From: Macrostomum lignano
Taxonomy: Eukaryota
Assembly: GCA_002269645.1 (NCBI GenBank)
Contig: NIVC01001641.1
Coordinates: 1 to 64,000 of the forward strand
Reading direction: 5' to 3'
Length of the DNA: 64,000 nucleotides
Shown here piece after piece: positions 40,901 to 52,621 of this stretch. The notes under the pieces are model-generated. The model was not told the origin of the DNA, ran no database searches, and worked only from the letters and a program-made list of their open reading frames with translations. How positions within the stretch are numbered: position 1 is the first letter of the stretch; the number at the start of each line of letters is the position of its first letter. A program made the position numbers and the translations under genes.

Positions 40901-43631
40901 GGCGCTAAAGCTACTGTAAGGATGGCGCCAAAGCTACTGTAAGGATGGCGCCAAAGCTACTGTAAGGTGGCGCTAAAGCTACTGTAAGGATGGCGCTAAA
41001 GCTACTGTAAGGGTGGCGCTAAAGCTACTGTAAGGTTGGCGCCAAAGCTACTGTAAGGGTGGCGCCAAAGCTACTGTAAGGATGGCGCCAAAGCTACTGT
41101 AAGGATGGCGCCAAAGATACTGTAAGGATGGCGCCAAAGCTACTGTAAGGATGGCGCCAAAGCTACTGTAAGGTGGCGCTAAAGCTACTGTAAGGATGGC
41201 GCCAAAGCTACTGTAAGGATGGCGCCAAAGATACTGTAAGGATGGCGCCAAACTAGTGTAAGGATGGCGCCAAAGCTACTATAAGGATGGCGCCAAAGCT
41301 ACTGTAAGGTGGCGCTAAAGCTACTGTAAGGATGGCGCTAAAGCTACTGTAAGGATGGCGCTAAAGTTACTGCCTTTCTACCTGACAAGATGAGCGGCGC
41401 TGTGCGGCCGCGAGTTCAGATGGTGCATCTTGTAGTTCATGAAGTTGTCCAGCATCTCGGTGGAGTTCACCCCGGCAGGACTGCTGGCCGTGCTGGTGAC
41501 ATACGGGTCCGTCCGCCACACCTCAGTGTACACCGTGACGACGTTCACGCCGATTTGCTTGTAGAACTGCGCGAGTGGTGCGAGGGTTTGGGTAAGATTT
41601 TTTGGGGAAGACAGAGGGGGAGACAGAGGGGGAGACAGAGCGGGAGACAGAGAGGGAGACAGAGGGGGAGACAGAGAGGGAGACAGAGGGGGAGACAGAG
41701 AGGAGACAGAGGGGAGACAGAGGGGGAGACAGAGCGGGAGACAGAGGGGGAGACAGAGGGGGAGACAGAGCGGGAGACAGAGAGGGAGACAGAGGGGGAG
41801 ACAAAGGGGGAGACGGAGGGGGAGACAGAGGGGGAGACAAAGGGGGAGACAGAGGGGAGACAGAGGGGGAGACAAAGGGGGAGACAGAGGGGGAGACAGA
41901 GGGGGAGACAGAGGGGGAGACAGAGGGGAAGACAGAGGGGAAGACAGAGGGGAAGACAGAGCGGGAGACAGAGGGGAGACAGAGGGGGAGACAAAGGGGG
42001 AGACAGAGGTGAGACAGAGGGGGAGACAAAGGGGGAGACAGAGGGGAGACAGAGGGGGAGACAGAGCGGGAGACAGAGGGGAGACAGAGGGGAGACAGAG
42101 GGGGAGACAGAGGGGGAGACAGAGGGGAGACAGAGGGGAGACAGAGGGGAGACAGAGGGGAGACAGAGGGGAGACAGAGGGGAGACAGAGGGGGAGACAA
42201 AGGGGGAGACAGAGGGGGAGACAGAGGGGGAGACAGAGGGGAGACAGAGGGGGAGACAGAGGGGGAGACAGAGGGAGACAGAGGGGAGACAGAGGGGGAG
42301 ACAGAGGGGGAGACAAGGGGGAGAGAGAGGGGAGACAGAGGGGAGACAGAGGGGGAGACAGAGGGGAGACAGAGGGGAGACAGAGGGGAGACAGAGGGGG
42401 AGACAGAGGGGGGACAGAGGGGGAGACAGAGGGGGAGACAGAGAGGGAGACAGAGGGGAGACAGAGGGGAGACAGAGGGGAGACAGAGGGAGAGACAGAG
42501 GGGGAGACAGAGGTAGGCAAAAGAGAGGAAGCCAGAAGAAGGGATTAGAAGCAAAAGCCGTAAATCAAAGGCTCACGCGGATGCTTACGCAGACACACAC
42601 ACACACACACTTGCTAGGGTGTACAGCGGCATTGACTTTCACATCGATAAGCAGTGGGCGCACTCTGAACTCCAAGAATCCAGGGAAAGACAATTTGCTC
42701 ACAGCATTGACATAGTTGCCGATCTCCCACAGCCGGCTCACAGCGGCGGCCGAATCGTTGCCCTGCTGCGAGTACTGAAATCGGCAGGTTGATTTCATAA
42801 CTACCCCCTTGCCAACTAAAACTCAAAAAATGAAAAAGTGCAAGTACTCATAAATGCATCGATCCGCTTACAAAGTACTGATCTCCAACCAGGATAAGTC
42901 TGATGTACTTTCGATCCGTCTCCGCGGCGCCGGAGTTCGTGTCCAGCAGCACCGCCCGCCGCAGTCTGGATTGCGGCGACGGCCACAGCGGCGAGGAGGC
43001 GACGTCCGGGTGTCCAGAGCCGGAGGCGAGGCCGCACTTCCGAGGCTGCGACGGGATGACGGAGGCTGAGAACAGACTCGAGCTGGTTGGCTGGGGCTGC
43101 ATCTCGTACATCCGGCTGCCGTACTGGAAGCTGCCGCTGAAATTCACATCCCGATTGGAGTTTGGCTTCAGTTTTGAATCCCAGAGTGACATCTGCATAG
43201 CAACAACGCCTCGCTTACCTGAGTGAGTTGCCCCTCTGCACTGCCGCTGCCATCTGCGACTCGTCAGTGCTGAGGCTGCCCTGGTAGAAGCAGATCTCAG
43301 TGTCCGGCTTCGCGTCTTCGTGCAGAAACTCTCTGAAAATTTTTGAGACCAGTCAGTCAGTCAGTCAGTCAGTCAGTCAGTCAGTCAGTCAGTCAGTCAG
43401 TCAGTCAGTCAGTCAGTCAGTCAGTCAGTCAGTCAGTCAGTCAGTCAGTCAGTCAGTCAGTCAGTCAGTCAGTCAGTCAGTCAGTCAGTCAGTCAGTCAG
43501 TCAGTCAGTCAGTCAGTCAGTCAGTCAGTCAGTCAGTCAGTCAGTCAGTCAGTCAGTCAGTCAGTCAGTCAGTCAGTCAGTCAGTCAGTCAGTCAGTCAG
43601 TCAGTCAGTCAGTCAGTCAGTCAGTCAGTCA

Positions 43632-43674
<43 letters not shown>

Positions 43675-44153
43675 AGTCAGTCAGTCAGTCAGTCAGTCAG
43701 TCAGTCAGTCAGTCAGTCAGTCAGTCAGTCAGTCAGTCAGTCAGTCAGTCAGTCAGTCAGTCAGTCAGTCAGTCAGTCAGTCAGTCAGTCAGTCAGTCAG
43801 TCAGTCAGTCAGTCAGTCAGTCAGTCAGTCAGTCAGTCAGTCAGTCAGTCAGTCAGTCAGTCAGTCAGTCAGTCAGTCAGTCAGTCAGTCAGTCAGTCAG
43901 TCAGTCAGTCAGTCAGTCAGTCAGTCAGTCAGTCAGTCAGTCAGTCAGTCAGTCAGTCAGTCAGTCAGTCAGCCAGTCAGTCAGTCAGTCAGCCAGTCAG
44001 TCAGTCACCCACTCACTCAAGTCAGTCAGTCAGTCAGTCAGTCAGTCAGTCAGTCAGTCAGTCAGTCAGTCAGTCAGTCAGTCACCCACTCACTCAAGTC
44101 AGTCAGTCAGTCAGTCAGTCAGTCAGTCAGTCAGTCAGTCAGTCAGTCAGTCA

Positions 44154-44196
<43 letters not shown>

Positions 44197-44465
44197 AGTC
44201 AGTCAGTCAGTCAGTCAGTCAGTCAGTCAGTCAGTCAGTCAGTCAGTCAGTCAGTCAGTCAGTCAGTCAGTCAGTCAGTCAGTCAGTCAGTCAGTCAGTC
44301 AGTCAGTCAGTCAGTCAGTCAGTCAGTCAGTCAGTCAGTCAGTCAGTCAGTCAGTCAGTCAGTCAGTCAGTCAGTCAGTCAGTCAGTCAGTCAGTCAGTC
44401 AGTCAGTCAGTCAGTCAGTCAGTCAGTCAGTCAGTCAGTCAGTCAGTCAGTCAGTCAGTCAGTCA

Positions 44466-44508
<43 letters not shown>

Positions 44509-45041
44509 AGTCAGTCAGTCAGTCAGTCAGTCAGTCAGTCAGTCAGTCAGTCAGTCAGTCAGTCAGTCAGTCAGTCAGTCAGTCAGTCAGTCAGTCAGTC
44601 AGTCATCCACTCACTCAAGTCAGTCAGTCAGTCAGTCAGTCAGTCAGTCAGTCAGTCAGTCAGTCAGTCAGTCAGTCAGTCAGTCAGTCAGTCAGTCAGT
44701 CAGTCAGTCAGTCAGTCAGTCAGTCAGTCACCTGGATGACTCAGTCAGAGTCAGCTCCACAGGCGACTCCTCCCCAGCAACTGAGACGCGCAGCTGTCGC
44801 CGCTCCGGACACGGGGCTCTTAGCTGACTGGGTTGGAATTTCAACGAGTCTAAAAATTGCGATGCAGTTTAACAGTGGAAAATTCCGTACAAAACAAATT
44901 GCTTGAGTCTGACAAAATTCAAAAATAGTTTTCATCACTCTTACAGTCAGCTGTTGGCCTGGATGCAGCTTGAAGATGTTGCTGGGACAGCAGCACCAGC
45001 AGCTGAAGCAGAAACAGTCGCCAACAGTTCCTGTGGCGCAT
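34994..45041 (-). CDS. ADAM (reprolysin) metalloprotease-disintegrin, ~942 aa, 14 exons, catalytically intact, with mucin stalk and C-terminal hydrophobic end
   Basis: Exons 44945-45041, 44732-44849, 43219-43332, 42872-43136, 42703-42774, 41382-41566, 40120-40204, 39810-39952, 39020-39200, 38124-38354, 37262-37452, 36220-36436, 35853-36018, 34994-35757, all in phase. Signal peptide, prodomain CFYQG, Cys switch PRKCG, furin site [16 protein letters not shown] (39875-39910) plus CIM Met-turn, disintegrin [15 protein letters not shown], Cys-rich and EGF domains. Confidence 0.93.
35095..35740 (-). repeat. Coding 15-bp repeat (PTTTT)n forming the ADAM mucin stalk
   Basis: About 40 [10 protein letters not shown] units in the last ADAM exon. 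Confidence 0.9.
36550..37210. repeat. 22-bp minisatellite (tgggattgatgattctggggtt), ADAM intron
   Basis: About 29 copies. Confidence 0.95.
37550..38100. repeat. Degenerate 9-bp-based repeat (tgggtcatt/tgggtcaat), ADAM intron
   Basis: Irregular tandem array. Confidence 0.88.
38400..39000. repeat. 17-bp minisatellite (cctacaatatccctat), ADAM intron
   Basis: About 33 copies. Confidence 0.93.
39260..39770. repeat. ~16-bp minisatellite (gggtgctgggtcaagg) grading into a longer composite unit, ADAM intron
   Basis: Tandem copies; the distal part adds aataatcctagatgaagat. Confidence 0.92.
40340..41372. repeat. 23-bp minisatellite (gtaaggatggcgccaaagctact), ADAM intron
   Basis: About 44 copies. Confidence 0.96.
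41610..42512. repeat. Purine-rich 11-12-bp repeat (gagacagagggg), ADAM intron
   Basis: About 900 bp, almost T-free on the + strand. Confidence 0.96.
43351..44730. repeat. (GTCA)n microsatellite occupying nearly all of ADAM intron 2
   Basis: About 340 units with rare variants (tcacccactcactcaa at 44005-44020 and ~44082). Confidence 0.98.
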
Positions 45042-45465
45042 TTCTTCGACTTTGCTTTGCAGAGTGCAGGTGAGAAAAAAGTAGACACTGAACGCTCTCT
45101 GCAGTTTTCCTACCCGTCTAGCTCGTAAGTTTGTTTTTCCATCTTATTTTTATATTCTATTTAGCATTTCGAAAGCCTTCATGAAAAAAACCTGTTCTGC
45201 TTAGCTGAGGCAGCAGCTTCGCCATTGTTCGCAATTAATCCATCGCGTTCCGCCCGACCCTCTCTCTCCTTTCTTCTTACTAGTCCGAAGCGAGTTCCGG
45301 TTGTAGCTGGTGATGGCGCAGGCCAAGGAGTCCCTGAACAGAATCTGGGATTGCCAAAATCCTAGTCTCTTCTCAGCTCTCCTCTCTCTAATCTCCCTAG
45401 CTTCTCTCTTATCTGTTCTTTCCTTTAATATCTTATCTAATATCTATTCTCCCCGGCTCTCTAAA

Positions 45466-45711
45466 GGTCGGGGGCTCGATTCTCGAGCCAATCGGAACAA
45501 TTTGTGTCCTTGAGCAAGACATTTAACTCAGCATTGCTTCAGTTCACCCAGCTGTAAATTGAGGATGCGTGGCGACCCCCCCCCCAGTCCTTGGTACTGA
45601 ATAGCTGTACGCAGCCTTCAGATTCGCCGCGTACATGCAATAGCTGCGGCTGAGCTGTCGGTTGCACATCAGGCTGGTGCAATCAATTATTATCAAAATG
45701 ATTATTATTAA
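45466..45711 (+). mobile_element. CORE-like SINE copy 2 (5'-truncated, internal deletion)
   Basis: ggtcgggggctcgattctcg...tgtgtccttgagcaagacatttaactc...gctgagctgtcggttgcacatc...attattatt matches copy 1. Confidence 0.88.
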
Positions 45712-46324
45712 TCCCATCACTCTCGCCTCTCCATACCTCCTTTTCAGTTTGGCAACCCGGTCACAGTCATTAAATGACTGACACGTTGAACCAAGTCCGA
45801 GTTTATGATAACTTCAAAAATCCAGATTCCGGTTCCGGTCTCCATGTGCTATACGCATTATGCAGAATAAGGTACAGAGTTGGCCCCTTGCCGACGCACG
45901 CAATCTGCACTTTGCGAAAGGCAGCCACCCAGCGAGCAAATTGCTTTCTCTCTGCTCTTCTCTCCAGCACATCAAGCAGAGCCGAAAGATGAGCTTGAAA
46001 GTTCTCCAAACACTTTTAACTGTGTGTAGGGTGCGGCTGGCTCTGAGCACAGGCTCTATTTATAAACCAGTCTGTTGGCAAAGCAGCCAGTATACTTTTC
46101 TGCAAACAAAAACACAATACCTAGTTTAATAGCTCCACTGAGCAGTGGCTTTGTTTCAAGTAACAAACCTCACATCAGTATTGATAAGTGTAAATGCATG
46201 CCTCTACTGAAGGTCCATTCCTTTGAATTAATGCATTCTGCAGCATTCGAGCATTTTAAATTGAATTTAAATTTAAACATTGCATTGGCCTCCGTTCTAA
46301 CCAGATTCTTGTAAGTCACGACTC

Positions 46325-47745
46325 ACTGATGCAGTGGGTGGGGAGACAGGGGTCACTGATGCATCTGGGGATGGGAAGGCATGGGTCACTGATGCATCTG
46401 GGGATGGGAAGGCAGGGGTCACTGATGCAACTGGGGAGGGGAAGGCAGGGTTCACTGATGCATCTGAGGATGGGGAGACAGGGGTCACTGGTGCATCTGG
46501 GAAGGGGGAGACAGGGGTCACTGATGCAACTGGGGAAGGGAAGGCAGGGGTCACTGATGCATCTGGGGAAGGGAAGGCAGGGGTCACTGGTGCAACTGGG
46601 AAGGGAAGGCAGGGGTCACTGATGCATGTGGGGATGGGGAGGCAGGGGTCACTGGTGCAACTGGGAAGGGGGAGGCAGGGGTCACTGATGCATGTGGGGA
46701 TGGGGAGGCAGGGGTCACTGGTGCAACTGGGAAGGGCAGGCAGGGGTCACAGTGAAGTATCTGGGGAGGGGAAGGCAGGGGTCACTAGTGCAACTGAGAA
46801 GGGGGAGACAGGGGTCTCTGGTGCATCTGGGAAGGGGGAGGCAGGGGTCACTGATGCATCTGGGGATGGGGAGACAGGGGTCACAGTGAAGTATCTGGGG
46901 AGGGGAAGGCAGGGGTCACTGGTGCAACTGAGAAGGGGGAGACAGGGGTCTCTGGTGCATCTGGGAAGGGGGAGACAGGGGTCACTGGTGCAACTGGGAA
47001 GGGGGAGGCAGGGGTCACAGTGAAGTAACTGGGGAGGGGAAGGCAGGGGTAGGGGTCACTGGTGCAACTGGGAAGGGGGAGACAGGGGTCACTGGTGCAA
47101 CTGGGAAGGGGGAGACAGGGGTCACTGGTGCAACTGGGAAGGGGGAGGCAGGGGTCACTGATGCATCTGGGAAGGGGGAGGCAGGGATCACTGATGCATG
47201 TGGGGATGGGGAGGCAGGGGTCACAGTGAAGTATCTGGGGAGGGGAAGGCAGGGGTCACTGGTGCAACTGAGAAGGGGGAGACAGGGGTCTCTGGTGCAT
47301 CTGGGAAGGGGGAGACAGGGGTCACTGGTGCAACTGGGAAGGGGGAGGCAGGGGTCACAGTGAAGTAACTGGGGAGGGGAAGGCAGGGGTAGGGGTCACT
47401 GGTGCAACTGGGAAGGGGGAGACAGGGGTCACTGGTGCAACTGGGAAGGGGGAGACAGGGGTCACTGGTGCAACTGGGAAGGGGGAGGCAGGGGTCACTG
47501 ATGCATCTGGGAAGGGGGAGGCAGGGATCACTGATGCATGTGGGGATGGGGAGGCAGGGGTCACTGGTGCAACTGGGAAGGGGGAGGCAGGGGTCACAGT
47601 GAAGGATCTGGGGAGGGGAAGGCAGGGGTCACTGGTGCAACTGGGAAGGGGGAGACAGGGGTCACTGGTGCAACTGGGAAGGGGGAGGCAGGGGTCACTG
47701 ATGCATCTGGGGATGGGGAGGCAGGGGTCACAGTGAAGTATCTGG
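46325..47745. repeat. ~33-bp G-rich minisatellite (ggggtcactggtgcaactgggaagggggaggca) with a 340-bp higher-order duplication
   Basis: About 42 copies; the block starting at 46881 recurs at 47221. Confidence 0.94.
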
Positions 47746-47810
47746 ATACCGCCGGTGTAAAAAATAAAAAAATGTACAAATATCAATGCATTTTTGTTGT
47801 AATATAAAAG

Positions 47811-50029
47811 TGATGTAACCGCCCTTGTCGCCTGTCCGCTCCGTAGAGAGACGAACGCATGGCTAGAGGGGGCAATGACCGTAGGCTGCCTATGACCGGG
47901 CAATGACCTGACGGACCTCCAGCACCAGACTGTCCCGCCCACATGATTAGTAGCTTTGGTAGCGCTTCGTGACCAGAGGGCCAAGGACCCACATGGACCC
48001 CACCTGTAGCCAAGGTGCAATAGTTGGTCACTCGGTCATGGTATGACCGAGTGGCTGCCACCACTCTATGTGACCTGGCGCACCTGGATCTTTCTACCAG
48101 ACCTCTCGAGGCTAGAGCCCCGCCTGGATTGGTTACCAGGGGATTTAGGCTAACAGGGGAGACGCATGCAGCCGAGTACAGGGACTCTGCTTGGGGCATG
48201 ATCGGGAACTCTGGGCTCAATCCTGGAGGATTTCTCAGCAGGGGATCCTTTGTGGCTGTGAGCGAGGCTGGCTTGCGACTTTGATTACTAAGAGTAGTAT
48301 GAGGCGAACATGTACTGTCTATAGTTTAGATTGCTCAGGGCGAAGGGACGCGTTAGCATGGGGTTGCAACCTTCCTACTGCCATTCTGTGCCAAGACTCG
48401 CTAATCCCTCTACTGCACGCACACGCGGCCCCGCAGCACGCACTCACAGGCGGGCTTTGCACGGGGAGAGGCCATTAGCTTACCCAAACTTCCTTATGCT
48501 TTGCCACCCCGGGAGAAAGGCTTAGCAAGCCATGAGTGAAATGATGGTGAAAGATTGAATAATGATGAAGTTAGTTAATAGTTAATAATTAGGCCCTTAG
48601 GCAAATAAGCAGGCAATTAGGCGGCTTCACTATTGAGTAAAATACAGCAAAAGATACGGTATCACAATTGGCTCAGCTCTCTAATCAGACAATGGAAAAT
48701 AGGCAAACCCCGGATAAGCAAAGGCAATTAGAGCACAAATTAGTAGTAGGAACTTACCGGCAGCTGCACAGAGGGAGAGAGAGGCGGAGTGACCGAGGGC
48801 GGCTGTAGGCTGCAGTCAGGCAGACGGTGAAGCGGCGATGCGCTGGAGCGACGAGGCGCTGATGTAGATCAGGCGATGCTGATGATGCTGGGCGGTATCA
48901 GACCGCTGGCCGATAGGCGAGCTCACTTGGGGAGCTAAGGATAACTTGGCGGTAACAGACCGCGGACCGGCAGGGATTCGTCTTATAGACGAATGGGTCA
49001 GAACTCAATCTGACAGCAAGTCCAAAGAAGGACGAGGAGAGGAACAGAGATAAACTCAGTTGAGTATTCTCATGCCGAAATCGCTTCCTTTTATAGACCT
49101 CACAGCCGCCTCCTCAAGGTCGTTACCATGGCTCCCTCTCTCTGATTGGCTGCCGGCAGAATGACGTCAGAATGAGTCATGATGAGAAGCATGAGACCGG
49201 CATAGCAACATGAGAAATCGGGAAATTGCGCAATCCGGAGGTGGGGTGGGGGGATAATTGGCGCAGCGGGTGGTCGCGAAAGTGTTGCGCAAGCAAACAT
49301 TGAGAACAATAGGGCTGGGGTCGAGAACAAAGGAATTGGAAATCGGGGATAATTGGGGAAAACTGAGAACAATGGAAAAGTAAACATTGGAGAAAAGGTG
49401 ATAATTAGGTGCGAAAACGAGAACAAAAGAAAGAGAAAATCGGAGAAAATGTGATAATTGGTGGGGGTCGAGAGAACAAAAGAAGCAAAAACGAGAACAA
49501 TAGAAGCGGAGGTGGGGTGGGTGTCACATGAGAAATTTGGGAAGGAGAACAATAGCGTGAGAAAAGGTTGCGCAAGAGAGGGGGATGAGTCATCGATGAG
49601 TCACCGAGGGGGAGAAGGGGTCACACGACTTGCGTCACCGTTTGGGAGTTTGAGAGGGGATGGGGAGACGGTGAGCACACAAAGTACTGTAAGTAGACAC
49701 AGGGAAAGAGGGGACAGCGCAGGAAAAGAGTGCAGAGGGAGACAAAAAAAAAGGAGGAGGTAGAGAAAGTACAGGAAGAATAGGGCGGGAACAGAAGAGA
49801 TAGGGTAGAGGGGGAGGTACAGAAAGGGGTAGGGGCTCCGGAAAGGCAGGTGTGGCGGCAGGAGAGACGGGACCAAGGCAGCAGGAGGGGTGCAGCAGAG
49901 CGGGAGTCTCCAGGCCCGGTCGGAGACCTGGCCGAGTCTCGACAGCTCTGTGCAGAGGGTGCACGGGATAGGAGGCACTTTCGAAAAAGTTCCCATGCCC
50001 TATCCCGCGACCAGAGCGTGGTTACATCA
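47811..50029 (-). mobile_element. Solo LTR (2219 bp), probably Gypsy-type
   Basis: Termini TGATGTAACC...GGTTACATCA (10-bp inverted repeat, TG..CA) and a perfect 4-bp TSD AAAG (47807-47810, 50030-50033); no coding remnants; strand inferred from promoter motifs. Confidence 0.8.
49089..49169 (-). promoter_or_regulatory. Putative LTR U3 promoter: CRE, CCAAT box, TATA box
   Basis: TGACGTCA 49162-49169, CCAAT (minus) 49145-49149 and TATAAAA (minus) 49089-49095 in canonical order and spacing. Confidence 0.55.
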
Positions 50030-50152
50030 AAAGCTTCAAAATCGATTGCGATAAATTGGAAACAAAATTATTTATGTTTTTAATCGAATTAGTATTGAGC
50101 ACGATTGATAATGAGAGTTCTAAAAATAGTCTACATGCATCTTAAGATGATT

Positions 50153-50770
50153 TCAATCAGTGACGATGTCATCAAGCGGCTGGTCAGAGTCGCCGGTGGG
50201 CACGGAGTCGACCAGCTGGTCGCTGAAGGCGATGGCCACGGCGGCGCAGGCGGGGTTGGCGGCGCGGGCCCTGGCCAGGTAGCGGTCATAGTAGCCCATG
50301 CCCCGGCCCAGCCGCGCCCCGTCAGCTTGGCAGAATGCCAGGCCTGGTACTATAATGAGATCCAGCCCGCCGTTCTCCAGGCCCTCCTCCCTGGCGGGCG
50401 ACCCGGGTTCGAGTCCCGGCTGCCGGATGCCCCACTTGGTGACTGGCAGCGAGGCCAGGTCCTCTCGGCCGGACACAGCCAGCATCTCCATGCCGCCGCC
50501 GCGGCTGTACCTCGGCACGAACAGCCGGCGGCCGCTATTGAAAATGTCGGCCACAATGCCGGCCGTGTCGACCTCCTCCGGCATGCTCAGGTAGACGCTG
50601 ATCCGCTTAGCCGAGCGGTACCGATCGCTGGCCAGCAGCTTCTGGACAATGATGCCGGATTTTGAGCTGCGCTGCTCAGCTGATAGGGCGGCCAGGCGCG
50701 ACTTGATGAGGCTGCGAAGCTGCGATTTGGCAGCTTTCACTGCGGCGGCAGCTGTTGGGCTGGAGGACAT
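50153..50770 (-). CDS. MTHFS: 5-formyltetrahydrofolate cyclo-ligase (methenyltetrahydrofolate synthetase), 205 aa, intronless CDS
   Basis: AKSQLRSLIKSRL...RISVYLSMPEEVDT...FVPRY...TKWGIRQP...LDLIIVPGLAF...RLGRGMGYYDRYL...D..LD. Confidence 0.95.
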   Translation of the reverse strand: MSSSPTAAAAVKAAKSQLRSLIKSRLAALSAEQRSSKSGIIVQKLLASDRYRSAKRISVYLSMPEEVDTAGIVADIFNSGRRLFVPRYSRGGGMEMLAVSGREDLASLPVTKWGIRQPGLEPGSPAREEGLENGGLDLIIVPGLAFCQADGARLGRGMGYYDRYLARARAANPACAAVAIAFSDQLVDSVPTGDSDQPLDDIVTD

Positions 50771-50889
50771 TGGTTGGCTGCGGAGGGGTTGCGCAACTCT
50801 AGTGGAAATTCCGTGGGCTGCCCGGAAGATTTTGAAGGGTGAGAATTCAAAAATCCTGCAGTTTCCTAAATACCTGCCTCTGAGAAGGC

Positions 50890-51900
50890 GCCACTGTCTC
50901 TTAAGTGAGCACCCCTTGTTTCTTAGGCGAGCACCCCCTGTCTCTTAGGCGAGCACCCCCTGTCTCTTAAGTGAGCCTCAACTGTCTCTTAGGTGAGCAC
51001 CACTTGTCTCTTAGGTGAGCCTCTCAACTGTCTCTTAGGTGAGCACCACTTGTCTTTTAGGTGAGCCTCAACTGTCTCTTAGGTGAGCACCACTTGTCTT
51101 TTAGGTGAGCCTCAACTGTCTCTTAGGTGAGCACCACTTGTCTTTTAGGTGAGCCTCAACTGTCTCTTAGGTGAGCACCACTTGTCTTTTAGGTGAGCCT
51201 CAACTGTTTCTTAGGTGAGCACCCCTGTCTCATAGGTGAGCTTCAACTGTCTCTTAAGTGAGCACCACTTGTCTTTTAGGTGAGCACCACTTGTCTTTTA
51301 GGTGAGCACCACTTGTCTTTTAGGTGAGCCTCAACTGTTTCTTAGGTGAGCACCCCTGTCTCTTAGGCGAGCACCCCTTGTTTCTTAGGTGAGCACCCCT
51401 TGTTTCTTAGGTTAGCACCCCTTGTTTCTTAGGCGAGCACCCCTTGTTTCTTAGGTGAGCACCCCTTGTTTCTTAGGTGAGCACCCCTTGTTTCTTAGGT
51501 GAGCACCCCTTGTTTCTTAGGTGAGCACCTCTTGTTTCTTAGTTGAGCACCCCTTGTTTCTTAGGCGAGCACCCCTTGTTTCTTAGGTGAGCACCCCTGT
51601 CTCATAGGTGAGCCTCAACTGTCTCTTAGGTGAGCCCCCTGTCTCTTTGGCGAGCCCCACTTGTCTCTTAGGTGAGCCCCCTGTCTCTTAGGCGAGCCCC
51701 ACTTGTCTCTTAGGTGAGCCTCAACTGTCTCTTAGGTGAGCCCCCCTGTCTCTTAGGCGAGCTCCACTTGTCTCTTAGGTGAGCCTCAACTGTCTCTTAG
51801 GTGAGCCTCAACTGTCTCTTAGGTGAGCCTCAACTGTCTCTTAGGCGAGCCCCACTTGTCTCTTAGGTGAGCCTCAACTGTCTCTTAGGTGAGCACCCCC
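50890..51900. repeat. ~22-bp minisatellite (tgtctcttaggtgagcacccc) upstream of the MTHFS CDS
   Basis: About 45 variant copies. Confidence 0.95.
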
Positions 51901-52621
51901 GGTCCCTCGGTATGCATCGGGTGATGCAGAATCCCGCATGAAAAAACCAGGTCTCTTCCTGTTGTTCTGGCAGGGTACGAGAAGTATCGAATCAGCCGAT
52001 TTGAAGACTGCTTCGAGATTCGCTCTCTACCGTCTCTTCAAACTAGATGGCATTAAGCGTAAAATACTACTTTGAGTGTACCAGTAATATCAAGCGTGTA
52101 TAGCTTGAACAAAAGAATTATTACATAAACAGGTGCACCCTCGGGATACTTTCAATTTCTGAAGTAACCTAATCGCAAAGGAACCTATGCACAAAATAAT
52201 GCTACTAATTTGTAAGTAGTTTAATAACAATTGTATTAAATAATTTAAACTTTTATCAATTTAGTTCAATTATTAGTCCTCCAGGAAACAAAGAAAATTG
52301 AAAGTTGCAGCATTTCTGTATTAGATTATTTAGTGCATTAATCATTAATTCCAATTCCAACATCAATTTTCTTTATTTACATTTTATTAAAATCAAATTT
52401 CTGAAGTGCGCGCATTTAAATGCAAACAAACAAGACTCGCATTAAAAAACCTTTAACTTATATTTGCCTGTTCTCATTGGGTTAATGGATGCAGACACAG
52501 GCACTACAGGCGCGTCTTGACAATCAGCGGAATCGAACTTAGTACCCCTCGGAGACGGGAGTTGAACGCGTGCTAACTCCCATTGCTACATTCTGATTTT
52601 CTTTAAAATTTCATAAAAGAG

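Noticed and set aside
43300-44827. 479- and 494-aa (SQSV)n ORFs
   Set aside because: Translations of the (GTCA)n microsatellite, antisense within an ADAM intron bounded by valid splice sites.
45774-46050. Short ORFs (e.g. 45803-46009) upstream of ADAM
   Set aside because: No ATG or splice support and no recognisable motif.
46334-47023. Gly/Thr/Glu-rich repeat ORF (ice-nucleation- or silk-like)
   Set aside because: A 33-bp minisatellite translation with no unique flanking coding sequence.
50153-50770. Horizontal transfer of MTHFS because the CDS is intronless
   Set aside because: The sequence follows the animal enzyme closely (SM.EEVDT, FVPRY, LDLIIVPGLAF); lack of introns alone is not evidence.
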